NCBI GenBank assembly: GCA_963751455.1
Contig: CAVVUN010000009.1
Location: 288,001 to 352,000 of the forward strand
DNA length: 64,000 bases
DNA from: Nitrospirota bacterium
GTDB taxonomy: Bacteria; Nitrospirota; UBA9217
Direction: 5' to 3'
Each line of letters opens with the position of its first letter. The first letter of the stretch is position 1. Made by a program: the position numbers and the translations under genes. Shown in pieces: positions 40,390 to 50,282 of this stretch. The notes below the pieces were generated by a model. That model was not told the origin of the DNA, made no database searches, and saw nothing but the letters and a program-made list of their open reading frames with translations.

Positions 40390-41130
40390 ATGGCATACGC
40401 GATACGCAAAAGGGTAATTATTGTAACCGGCGCTTCACGGGGACTGGGCAGGCAGATAGCTCTTTCGTTCGGCAGGGCAGGAGACAGGATCGTTGTGAAT
40501 TATGTATCAGCCGGGCAGCAGGCTGCGGAAGTCGTCAACTCGATACAGGCAGCAGGAGGAGAGGCAATTCCGTTTCGAGCTGATGTCAGGCTGGCCGCCG
40601 AAATCGAGGCGATGACTGCCGAAACGCGTGATCGATGGGGCACTATTGACGTACTTATTAATAATGCAGGCGTTGCCAAAGACTGCCTGACGGTCCGGAT
40701 GCCTGAAACCGACTGGAACGATGTCCTGGATACAAATCTGAAAGGCGCTTTTCAGGTAACGCGTTCGGCGGCAAATATTATGAAGGAAAACCGGGATGGT
40801 CATGTCATCAATGTCTCATCGATTGTCGGTTTGCACGGAAGAGAAGGACAAGCTAATTACTCCGCTTCGAAGGCCGGGCTAATCGGTTTCACCAAGGCAT
40901 GTGCCAGGGAATTGGGCGTCTATAACATAAAGGTAAATGCGGTATTGCCCGGATACATGACGACTGAGCTGGGAAACGGCGTATCCAGCCATATACTTGA
41001 CCGCGTCCTGAAAGATAATGCTCTCGACAGGTTCTCCGATCCGGTTGAAGTCGCGCAATTCATCTGCCACCTTTCGCTGATGCGAAACGTATCGGGCCAG
41101 GTATTTAATTTGGACAGCAGGATATTATGA
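40390..41130 (+). CDS. FabG-like 3-oxoacyl reductase inside the bio operon
   Basis: TGASRGLG, NNAG, GQANYSASKAG. Confidence 0.88.
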   Translation: MAYAIRKRVIIVTGASRGLGRQIALSFGRAGDRIVVNYVSAGQQAAEVVNSIQAAGGEAIPFRADVRLAAEIEAMTAETRDRWGTIDVLINNAGVAKDCLTVRMPETDWNDVLDTNLKGAFQVTRSAANIMKENRDGHVINVSSIVGLHGREGQANYSASKAGLIGFTKACARELGVYNIKVNAVLPGYMTTELGNGVSSHILDRVLKDNALDRFSDPVEVAQFICHLSLMRNVSGQVFNLDSRIL

Positions 41131-41144
41131 AAGACAACGCATAG

Positions 41145-41834
<690 letters not shown>

Positions 41835-41878
41835 CTCTTTGGTCCCCGCCTGCTCTTCACTTCAATCAATCCTTGTGA

Positions 41879-41907
41879 TTGACAAAGCGCGTAGGTGCTG
41901 ATATTAT
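41879..41907 (+). promoter_or_regulatory. sigma70 promoter for DUF62-miaB-mtaB
   Basis: TTGACA-17-TATTAT with a TG extension. Confidence 0.7.
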
Positions 41908-41939
41908 TCTCCAAGTTTTAAGCATTGTTCGGGGGATGG

Positions 41940-42746
41940 ATGTCTAACATCGTTACACTCACTACTGACTTCGGAACCAAGGATTCCTTTGCGGGAAGCA
42001 TAAAAGGCGTCCTTTTGAAGTTGAATCCTCAGGCCCAGATTGTCGATATTTCCCATGAGATCGGGCCTCAGGACGTATGGGAGGCTGCGTTCACGCTCAA
42101 AACAGCGTATCGTTACTTTCCAAAGGGCACAATCCATCTCGCGGTGGTCGACCCGGGTGTGGGAAGCGGCAGGCGTCCCATAATCGTTGTTACCGAAAGC
42201 TACTATTTTGTAGGACCTGATAACGGCATTTTCAGCCTCGTTCTCCAGGAAGCCGAGAGAATGCGTGTTCTCCATATTACAGCCAGTCACTATTATCTTC
42301 CCGATGCAGGCCCCACGTTCCATGCAAGAGACATATTCGCTCCTGTTGCGGCCTGGCTGACCAAGGGCATCCCCTCGGGAAATTTCGGCGAAGAAATCGA
42401 AGACTATGTTAAATTGAACGTTCCTGTGCCGAAGCAGACGGTAAACGGTGTGGACGGCCACGTTATTCATATAGATCGCTTTGGTAACGCTATTACGAAT
42501 ATCAGGCTGAGCGATATCCGGAAACTTGTGCCGGAAGTCGATGATTCCCTTCCTGTCTCAGTCAATATAGTGGGCAGAGAGATCAAGGGGCTCAGAAAAT
42601 TTTATGCAGAAGCGGCACCGGGTGAGCCCGCAGCCATCATCAACAGCTCCGGCTATCTCGAGGTATTCCTGTTCAAACAGAATGCACGCACCGCGCTTTC
42701 CATTAAAAGGGGAGAGGCGGTCAATCTGGTCCTCCGGCCTAAATAA
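41940..42746 (+). CDS. SAM hydroxide adenosyltransferase (DUF62; chlorinase/fluorinase superfamily)
   Basis: LTTDFG, VVDPGVG..RR, GPDNG, TFHARD, DRFGN. Confidence 0.9.
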   Translation: MSNIVTLTTDFGTKDSFAGSIKGVLLKLNPQAQIVDISHEIGPQDVWEAAFTLKTAYRYFPKGTIHLAVVDPGVGSGRRPIIVVTESYYFVGPDNGIFSLVLQEAERMRVLHITASHYYLPDAGPTFHARDIFAPVAAWLTKGIPSGNFGEEIEDYVKLNVPVPKQTVNGVDGHVIHIDRFGNAITNIRLSDIRKLVPEVDDSLPVSVNIVGREIKGLRKFYAEAAPGEPAAIINSSGYLEVFLFKQNARTALSIKRGEAVNLVLRPK

Positions 42747-42810
42747 CACCAGTCTCTTGTAGGCTGCCATGCCTGTTGTGTTAACCCGCTCGAGAGTATT
42801 ATAATAAGCC

Positions 42811-44121
42811 ATGAAATCATTTCATATCATTACGTTCGGTTGCCAGATGAACGAGCATGATTCCGAGAGAATGACCGGGATTCTGGAGATGCAGGGATGT
42901 TCGAATGCGCCAGATGCCGCGAGTGCGGACATGATCATTATCAACACGTGCAGCATCCGCGAAAAAGCTGAGCAGAAATTTTACAGCGAACTGGGCCGGC
43001 TGAAGAGTCTTAAGGATGCCAGACCCGGGCTGAAAATCGCCGTAGCTGGCTGCATTGCACAGCAGGAGGGATCGAACATCCTGACCCGCGCGCCCTACGT
43101 CGACATGATATTCGGTCCGTCCGATGTTGGCAGGATTTCCGGATTGATTGAAAAAAGCAATTCCCTGCCTTCACCCCTGATTGATATTAGCGGGGACCCG
43201 GATTACCACCGGAAGAGGTTACCTGCGTCGCGTACCGACAAAATCAAGGCGTGGGTCTCGATCATGTACGGATGCGACAATTACTGCACGTATTGTGTTG
43301 TGCCGTATCTGCGCGGCAGGGAACGGTCTCGTTTGCCTGAAGACATCATCGATGAAATCACCAGCCTGGGAAAACGCGGGTACAAGGAAGTGACCCTTCT
43401 GGGGCAGAATGTAAATTCATACGGTAAGGGACTGGAAGAAAACACCGATTTCCCGACGCTCCTCAAATTGCTCAATGCGGTGGAGGAAATCCAACGGATC
43501 AGGTTCGTTACGTCTCATCCACGGGACCTCTCTGATCGATTGATGTCCTCTGTTCGAGACTTGCCCAAGGTGTGCGAATGGCTTCATCTGCCCATACAGA
43601 GCGGTTCAGACTCCGTCCTTCATTCCATGAACAGAAAGTATGGACGCCTTGATTACCTGGATAAGGTTAAACGTCTGCGCGAAGCGGTGCCTCATATTGC
43701 ATTGACAAGCGATATAATTGTCGGGTTCCCCGGGGAGACGGATTCGGACTTCGAAATGACCCTCAGTCTGCTCGAAGAAGTGCAGTACGACAGCGTTTTC
43801 GGATTTAAATATTCGAAAAGGCCAGGTACGGCGGCTCTAAAGCTTGCCGGTCATATACCGGAACCCGTAAAGGAAGAGCGGCTCGCTCGCGTACTCGATA
43901 TACAAAAAGATATCACCATGAGGAAGAATAAATCATTAATAGGGACTATCCAGGAAGTCCTTCTCGATGGATTCAGTAAAAGAGGCGGAACGATCACCGG
44001 CAGGACCAGGGGAAACAAGGTCGTCAATCTCGAGGCTCCTGCGTCGCTTATCGGTTCCAGCGTATCCGTGAAAATCTCGGCCGCAGGCGTCAACTCTTTA
44101 ACAGGCAAGCTATGCGAATAG
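42811..44121 (+). CDS. miaB: tRNA i6A37 methylthiotransferase
   Basis: TFGCQMN, NTCSIREKAE, CDNYCTYC, GQNVN, TSHP, TRAM domain. Confidence 0.95.
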   Translation: MKSFHIITFGCQMNEHDSERMTGILEMQGCSNAPDAASADMIIINTCSIREKAEQKFYSELGRLKSLKDARPGLKIAVAGCIAQQEGSNILTRAPYVDMIFGPSDVGRISGLIEKSNSLPSPLIDISGDPDYHRKRLPASRTDKIKAWVSIMYGCDNYCTYCVVPYLRGRERSRLPEDIIDEITSLGKRGYKEVTLLGQNVNSYGKGLEENTDFPTLLKLLNAVEEIQRIRFVTSHPRDLSDRLMSSVRDLPKVCEWLHLPIQSGSDSVLHSMNRKYGRLDYLDKVKRLREAVPHIALTSDIIVGFPGETDSDFEMTLSLLEEVQYDSVFGFKYSKRPGTAALKLAGHIPEPVKEERLARVLDIQKDITMRKNKSLIGTIQEVLLDGFSKRGGTITGRTRGNKVVNLEAPASLIGSSVSVKISAAGVNSLTGKLCE

Positions 44122-45392
44122 CGTTCAATACACTCGGCTGCAAAATCAATCAATACGAAACGGATGTAATGCGCCAGGAGCTTCTTTCTCACGGCAACAC
44201 CATTGTGCCCTTCGAAGAAGAGGCGGATGTCTATATTATCAACACCTGTTCCGTAACGGCGAAAAGCGACTATCAATGCAGGCAGGTGATTCATTCAGCA
44301 GTGCGTCGAAGCCATGGCGCAAATATCGTGGTAACCGGCTGCTATGCGGAAACCCGGCCTGACGAAATCAGAAGCATTGAGGGTGTTAACGTGGTTATTG
44401 GGAACCGTGATAAGGCAACAATATCAGAACAAATCATCAAGCTTCAATTCGAACACGGAGATGATGCATCGTTAAAGGGCTGCTCCCTGATAAAGACGAA
44501 GGCTATCAAATCGAGAACGAGGGGGTTTCTGAAAATACAAGACGGCTGTGACAATAATTGTTCATATTGCATCGTGCCGCTGGCAAGGGGAAAATCTCGA
44601 AGCGCGGATCCCGATCAGGTAATTTCTGAATTTGAATTGCTCGTAAAAGCAAAATGCCCTGAAGTCGTCCTGACCGGAATCCATATCGGCAAGTATGGCT
44701 CCGATCTGCCCCGCGGGACCGATCTCTCGAATCTGATCGCGTCGTTGATTGCCAGGCAGGATAACACGAGGATACGGCTGAGCTCCATTGAACCAAATGA
44801 AATAACTGAGGATATCATCGGGTTTCTGGGCAAAGGACTCTGCAGGCATCTCCATATTCCGCTCCAGAGCGGTGATGACAGCATTCTGAAAGCCATGAAT
44901 AGAAATTATTCCTCCGCTTTCTATCTGAATCTGCTCAATACTGTTTATGATCGCGTTCCGGACATTGCGCTCGGGGCAGATGTGATGGTCGGTTTTCCCG
45001 GTGAAGGAGAGCAGGAGTTTCAAAACACGCTCGATCTTGTGGAACGATCTCATTTGACTCATCTTCATGTCTTCATGTACTCGCCAAGACCCGGCACATC
45101 AGCCGCTGAAATGCCGGCACAGGTACCGGAGCAGATCAAAAAGGTCCGCAGTAGCGTACTTCGCAAATTGGGCATGAACAAAAATTATGAATTCAGGAAA
45201 AAACAGATTGGCTTGACAAAGAAAGTAATAGTAGAAGATAAAATAAATTCGTTTGCGGGTGCGTTAACAGGCATTACTGACAACTACATAAAACTCGCTA
45301 TTCTAGGTGCAAACAAGGCGCATATAGGAAAACAAATCCACGTACGGATTGAAAAAGTAGAAGAAGATGTAAATTTGGCAGTCATTATTTAA
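44112..45392 (+). CDS. mtaB: tRNA t6A37 methylthiotransferase
   Basis: TLGCKINQYE, NTCSVT, KIQDGCDNNCSYC, RLSSIEP, HVF.YS.RPGT. Confidence 0.93.
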   Translation: MRIAFNTLGCKINQYETDVMRQELLSHGNTIVPFEEEADVYIINTCSVTAKSDYQCRQVIHSAVRRSHGANIVVTGCYAETRPDEIRSIEGVNVVIGNRDKATISEQIIKLQFEHGDDASLKGCSLIKTKAIKSRTRGFLKIQDGCDNNCSYCIVPLARGKSRSADPDQVISEFELLVKAKCPEVVLTGIHIGKYGSDLPRGTDLSNLIASLIARQDNTRIRLSSIEPNEITEDIIGFLGKGLCRHLHIPLQSGDDSILKAMNRNYSSAFYLNLLNTVYDRVPDIALGADVMVGFPGEGEQEFQNTLDLVERSHLTHLHVFMYSPRPGTSAAEMPAQVPEQIKKVRSSVLRKLGMNKNYEFRKKQIGLTKKVIVEDKINSFAGALTGITDNYIKLAILGANKAHIGKQIHVRIEKVEEDVNLAVII

Positions 45393-45698
45393 GTAACTGT
45401 TTTGTTAGGTATTTACCTGTATATTTATTGTGCAATTTGCATTTAATTCGCGCGAAAAGCATCTAAATAAAAGATATACACAGAGTTAGTAACATGTTTT
45501 CCACACGGTTTGTGCAAACAGATGATAAGCCTTTAGTTAATAATAGTTTTTATGCAGAAGAACTTTTAGAAGACTGGAACTGCAATTTTTTTAATTGATA
45601 CTTTAATTCTCAATAAGACACTTCCTGCACAGACTTGATTCTAAAAAATAATACTTTTTATCTATTCAAATTTTTTTCTGCAATGTTTAACTACAATT
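45393..45698. other. AT-rich convergent spacer with several DnaA-box-like 9-mers
   Basis: ATATACACA 45474, TTTTCCACA 45497, TGTGCAAAC 45511, TTATGCAGA 45550, TCCTGCACA 45623, TGTGCAATT 45429. Confidence 0.45.
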
Positions 45699-46781
45699 CT
45701 AGAATTTTAGTTCTTCTCTGTTCACGATATTGTATCGCGTATCTCTTTGACCTGCATCATAACCGGCATCTCTGATTAAATTTACAATTTCCTGTCTTGT
45801 CATCCGGAACGTTACGCCTGCTGCCGCCACGACATTTTCCTCGATCATAGTGCTTCCGAAGTCGTTTGCTCCGAATTCCAACGCTACCTGGGCTATTTTA
45901 GCGCCTTGCGTGACCCAGGATGCCTGAATATTGTCGAAATTATCAAGCATGATGCGCGAAAGAGCAAGGGTCTTCAGGTATTCAACTGCTGTGGCCGATC
46001 GGCCTCCGAGTTTGGTATTGCCCGGCTGGTAAGTCCAGGGTATAAAGGCGGTGAATCCTCGTGTCTGGTCCTGTATAGCTCTCAGCCTCATCAGATGTTC
46101 AACGATTTCCTTATCGGTCTCAAGGCTGCCGAACATCATAGTGGCTGTTGTCGGCATGCCGAGGCCATGCGCAGTTTTCATGACCTCCGCCCATTGTCGC
46201 CATCTGATCTTGTTCGGGCTTACTTTTTTACGCACTCGGTCAACCAGTATTTCAGCGCCGCCTCCCGGAATGGAATCTAATCCGGATGCTTTCAAACGTT
46301 TGAGAGCATCAAGAATTCCTATGCCGGCCTTGTTTGCCACAAAAGTAATTTCAGCAGGGGAGAGTGAGTGTATTTGGATCGTGAACCTGGACTTGATTGA
46401 TGAAAACAGATCTTCAAAGTATTCAATACCGAGGTCCGGGTGAACGCCGCCCTGCATCAGTATCTGTGTACCACCCTGTGCTATCGTCTCCTCGATCTTC
46501 CTGAAGATTTCACCTTTACTGAGAACATAAGCATCCGGGCTGTCAGCATCGCGGTAAAACGCACAGAATCTGCATTTATTGATGCAGATGTTCGTGTAGT
46601 TGATGTTGCGGTCTACGATGAACGTGACCAGCCGTTCAGGATGGAGACGTTTGCGGACCGCTGTTGCCAGTTCTCCGAGGGTCAGAAGGTCGGCTTTTCT
46701 GAAGAGAAGTAATCCTTCTTCGGGAGTGAGTCGTTTACCCTCTGTTGCCTCTGCTATTATCTTTTTTAATTCCCTGGCCAT
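45699..46781 (-). CDS. mqnC: Cyclic dehypoxanthine futalosine synthase
   Basis: DRNINYTNIC...CRFCAF, QGGVHP, SIPGGGAEIL, ASWVTQG, MIEENVV. Confidence 0.93.
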   Translation of the reverse strand: MARELKKIIAEATEGKRLTPEEGLLLFRKADLLTLGELATAVRKRLHPERLVTFIVDRNINYTNICINKCRFCAFYRDADSPDAYVLSKGEIFRKIEETIAQGGTQILMQGGVHPDLGIEYFEDLFSSIKSRFTIQIHSLSPAEITFVANKAGIGILDALKRLKASGLDSIPGGGAEILVDRVRKKVSPNKIRWRQWAEVMKTAHGLGMPTTATMMFGSLETDKEIVEHLMRLRAIQDQTRGFTAFIPWTYQPGNTKLGGRSATAVEYLKTLALSRIMLDNFDNIQASWVTQGAKIAQVALEFGANDFGSTMIEENVVAAAGVTFRMTRQEIVNLIRDAGYDAGQRDTRYNIVNREELKF

Positions 46782-46807
46782 CCCTGTTCATCCCCGGCAG
46801 AATCGTT

Positions 46808-47881
46808 TTACTTGCAAACCTTTACCACGTTGTAAATCGTATCTCTTTCCACCGGAATCCGTCCAGCCTGTTTTATCAGATGCACGATATCATCCTTCGT
46901 CATGCTCCCGTCCGTTGTGCCGCCCGCGGCCTTCGTGATCCGTTCCTCGACTACCGTGCCGTCCAAATCGTCGACGCCGAAGGCAAGGGAGACCTGGGCT
47001 GTCTTTTCTCCAAGCATTACCCAGTAAGCTTTGATGTGATCGAAGTTGTCCAGCATAAGGCGGGATATGGCGAGTGTCTTCAGGTCGTCAAAGCCCGTGG
47101 TGTACGCTGATTTTTTTATTTCCGTATTGGGTGAATGAAAACTGAGGGGAATAAAAGCCTGGAACCCGCCTGTTCTGTCCTGCAGGTCCCTGAGCCTGAT
47201 CAGATGGTCAATCCGGTCTTCGTGTGTTTCAATATGGCCATAAAGCATGGTCGCATTTGTCTTCAGCCCTGTTTTATGTGCCGCCTCAATCACGTCCAGC
47301 CAGCGATCACCGCTTATTTTTTCGGCGCAGAGGGTATTGCGAACCGAGGAGTTAAATATCTCCGCTCCGCCGCCCGGCATGGAATCGAGGCCCGCTTCCT
47401 TAAGCCTGACTAACGTTTCCCCGACGTTGAACCCCGATATCCGCGAAAGATAATCGATCTCTACGGCCGTGAAAGCCTTGAGATGGATATCAGGAAATTC
47501 TTTTTTTAACGCGGAAAGCATATCGAGATACCACTGAAACGGAAGGTCCGGGTGGAGACCGGAAACAATGTGAAGCTCCCGGATGCCTTTTCGTGCGCCC
47601 CGGGCTTTGTTCAAAATATCGTCAATGCTCATTTGATACGCGCCCGGCTCGCCCTTGCTTCTGCTGAACGCACAGAATTTGCATCGGTTGACGCATATAT
47701 TGGTCGGATTGATATGCATGTTCCGGACGAAGTAGACGTTATTGCCGTTCTTTACATGACCGACATGGCTTGCCAGGCGGCCGAGAGCAAGAAGATCATT
47801 CGACCTGAAAAGCTTAATACCGTCTTCACGGGCCAGGCGCCGGCTCGAATACACTTTTTCTTTGATATGATCAATCGACAT
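46808..47881 (-). CDS. mqnE: Aminofutalosine synthase
   Basis: HINPTNIC...CKFC, KAFTAVEI, PGGGAEIF, TMLYGHIE, HIKAYW, DGTVVEE.I. Confidence 0.93.
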   Translation of the reverse strand: MSIDHIKEKVYSSRRLAREDGIKLFRSNDLLALGRLASHVGHVKNGNNVYFVRNMHINPTNICVNRCKFCAFSRSKGEPGAYQMSIDDILNKARGARKGIRELHIVSGLHPDLPFQWYLDMLSALKKEFPDIHLKAFTAVEIDYLSRISGFNVGETLVRLKEAGLDSMPGGGAEIFNSSVRNTLCAEKISGDRWLDVIEAAHKTGLKTNATMLYGHIETHEDRIDHLIRLRDLQDRTGGFQAFIPLSFHSPNTEIKKSAYTTGFDDLKTLAISRLMLDNFDHIKAYWVMLGEKTAQVSLAFGVDDLDGTVVEERITKAAGGTTDGSMTKDDIVHLIKQAGRIPVERDTIYNVVKVCK

Positions 47882-47927
47882 TATTTTTAAGGTTCGGAGG
47901 TATGATGCAGATGTGCGAACAAGGCGT

Positions 47928-49208
47928 TTAACGTGGATCATGCATCGTGGATCTTTTTTTATCAGTATAAATTATTTTCCCGTTGACCATCGTCATAATA
48001 CAGGATTTCGTTTCTCTGAGCAAGTCGGAATAGACATCCCCGGTATTTATAGTCGGCAGGGGAACAGCAATGATGTCCGCTTTTTTCCCGCGTTCTATTG
48101 TCCCGATTTCATGACCAAGACCCAACGCTTTTGCCCCTTCGATAGTTGCGAGTCTAAAGATATCATCCGGCTTTACACCATCCCGTTGATGAATATGATA
48201 TGCATACCGCATTTCATCCCACATGCTGAGACTCGGTGAACTGGCAAGACTGTCGGTGCCAAGACCAACCATTATACCCGAGTCTAAAAACTTTTTGAGC
48301 CGCATTTTTCCGACTCCGGTTTCCTTGTTGCTCCGGGGACAATGAACAACAGGCGAACCCGCTTTTCGCAGAATTTCAATATCTTCATTCGTTGCCTGTG
48401 TTGCGTGCACCGCGAGAAAATGGGGAGTGAGCAGTCCGAGTTTATTTAGATACTGAAAGGGTGAATCAGCAACCGGCGCCCATGCCACGTTCCAGCCGGC
48501 AAGTTGATAGAGCTTTTCTAAACAGCTTTTCCTGCCGCGCAGGAGCATGGTCTCATCTTTTGATTCCGCCACATGCATGCACAGGGACGGTTTCTTGCGA
48601 CCTGAAATAGCTTTTAGGTGACGCAATATACGTTCAGACACCGTGTACGGCGCATGGGGAGAAATACCGGTTCGTATTTTATGTGTTGAAGATCGTAAAG
48701 GAGTTTTGGAATGGCGCGGTAAGGGCGCGAGGGGATCCATGGAGATAATTTCCCGATAGATCATTGCTCGCAAACCGCTTCGCTTCAACACATCGGGACT
48801 GGCATTATGCGTGCAGATTTCAGCGACCATCGTCGTCCCCGTTTCAATGAGTGTTTGAACATTGTTCAACGCTGCTTTTCGGTAATCATTTATCCGAAGC
48901 CTTTTTTTTGCCGCGATCAGATTGAGTACCCATCCCGGGAATGTTTTGGCACGGACCGAATCGAGCAACTCGGGCAGTTCAAGATGGGCATGAAGGTTGA
49001 TAAGGCCGGGCATGAGAACCGCGTTCTTGAAAGAGCGCACGCGATGGGTCGGATATCTATTTATAATCTCGCTAGCAGGACCAACAGCTTCAATCACGCC
49101 TTGACTGACAACTATGGCGCCGCTATTGATCAATTTCATTCCATGCTGAAGTGCGAGCAGTTTCCGGGCGGTGATGATCATGGCAGTTGCGTGAATGCTA
49201 TCATTCAC
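47928..49208 (-). CDS. Metal-dependent amidohydrolase, probable aminodeoxyfutalosine deaminase
   Basis: PGLINLHAHLE, SPHAPY, HVAES, HCPRSN, GTDSLAS; co-oriented with mqnE-mqnC. Confidence 0.8.
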   Translation of the reverse strand: MNDSIHATAMIITARKLLALQHGMKLINSGAIVVSQGVIEAVGPASEIINRYPTHRVRSFKNAVLMPGLINLHAHLELPELLDSVRAKTFPGWVLNLIAAKKRLRINDYRKAALNNVQTLIETGTTMVAEICTHNASPDVLKRSGLRAMIYREIISMDPLAPLPRHSKTPLRSSTHKIRTGISPHAPYTVSERILRHLKAISGRKKPSLCMHVAESKDETMLLRGRKSCLEKLYQLAGWNVAWAPVADSPFQYLNKLGLLTPHFLAVHATQATNEDIEILRKAGSPVVHCPRSNKETGVGKMRLKKFLDSGIMVGLGTDSLASSPSLSMWDEMRYAYHIHQRDGVKPDDIFRLATIEGAKALGLGHEIGTIERGKKADIIAVPLPTINTGDVYSDLLRETKSCIMTMVNGKIIYTDKKRSTMHDPR

Positions 49209-49278
49209 ACAGTTTCATGTCAATCAGTGTTTTCTAACCGTCATCACCTTATCCAATATACACTTAATATGCCATTTT

Positions 49279-49372
49279 TTGTCACCATCATGTGACAATC
49301 AAAGTCAATTAAGCCTAAATACATACTCAACTACTTGATATTTAATAAATAATTAATGGCACAGTATCTGCA
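49279..49372 (+). promoter_or_regulatory. sigma54 promoter of pilA with IHF site and palindromic upstream activator site
   Basis: TGGCAC-AGTAT-CTGCA at 49357-49372; IHF consensus CAA-N4-TTGATA at 49328-49340; TTGTCAC-N6-GTGACAA at 49279-49298 (candidate PilR-type enhancer). Confidence 0.8.
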
Positions 49373-49490
49373 CATTCTATTCCGAAAAGTTTGAGGTCTT
49401 TGGAAGGAGGTGAAATCCATAAAAGAGATCTCAAGCCAAACAGGGACTATATTTGGAATTGAAAAATAAACACTTATGGGAGAAAATACA

Positions 49491-50105
49491 ATGAAAATGA
49501 ATAAAAAAGGTTTTACCCTTATCGAACTTCTGATCGTCGTGGCCATCATCGCGATTCTGGCGGCCATCGCTATTCCCCAGTTTTCTTCATACAGAATCAG
49601 AGGCTATAATGCCGCTGCCAACAGCGACATTAGAAATCTGAAACTGGCACAGGAGTCATTCAAAACCGATTGGCAAGTGTATCCCTCTACAATGGGTTGC
49701 GCTCCAAACTATCCATACGGCGGCTGCACTGGCGGTCTCGGAAACGGTGTAGTGGTAAATGGACCTGGTAATGTATCCATGAGCGTCATCCAGTATGGAA
49801 TCGTTGCTGGACAGTATCCGACAGCCGCCACGAAGCATGCTTTTGGTCTTTCAAACGGCGTACGTTCACAAATAGGTAACACCGCCGTAACTGCAGCGAA
49901 TTACATTGCACATACGGCCCATTCGCAGGGTGATACGATCTATAGTGCTGATTCTGACAATACCCAGATTAAAATGGGCGGAAAGACCGCTGGTGGAGCC
50001 CTAACCTCTTTGTCAACTAAAGTTGCCGGTGGCAACTTAGCACTTAGTCCAATTGCCTCGACAGCTGGAGATAACCTTACTGATCCCAACTATGCCAACA
50101 TGTAA
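49491..50105 (+). CDS. pilA: Type IVa major pilin
   Basis: Prepilin site KKG|FTLIELLIVVAII..IAIPQF; own promoter and terminator. Confidence 0.93.
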   Translation: MKMNKKGFTLIELLIVVAIIAILAAIAIPQFSSYRIRGYNAAANSDIRNLKLAQESFKTDWQVYPSTMGCAPNYPYGGCTGGLGNGVVVNGPGNVSMSVIQYGIVAGQYPTAATKHAFGLSNGVRSQIGNTAVTAANYIAHTAHSQGDTIYSADSDNTQIKMGGKTAGGALTSLSTKVAGGNLALSPIASTAGDNLTDPNYANM

Positions 50106-50126
50106 TTAGGTGAAATTACAACCATG

Positions 50127-50156
50127 AAAAGGCCGGGGAGATCCCGGCCTTTTTTT
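50127..50156 (+). terminator. Rho-independent terminator
   Basis: GGCCGGG-GAGAT-CCCGGCC-TTTTTTT. Confidence 0.9.
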
Positions 50157-50282
50157 AAACCAAATCAATCATCGGAGTTTAGCAGACAACGTCGCTGCTT
50201 CTTCCTTTCATCTTTACCGTGCCGTACCTTCCACGCAAATTCTAGTTGAAATTTCATTATATCGGGGGTATAACTTCATCCA

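Noticed and set aside
41940-42746. Fluorinase or chlorinase
   Set aside because: Has the Asp/Arg/His pattern (DPGVG..R, TFH) of DUF62 hydrolases.
49373-49490. GEMM-I (c-di-GMP/cGAMP) riboswitch before pilA
   Set aside because: No GEMM two-hairpin/GNRA-receptor pattern seen by eye here or in other spacers; an Infernal scan would be decisive.
49491-50105. Conductive e-pilin
   Set aside because: Only 15 F/W/Y in 197 mature residues by my count, with long aromatic-free gaps; conductivity cannot be inferred.
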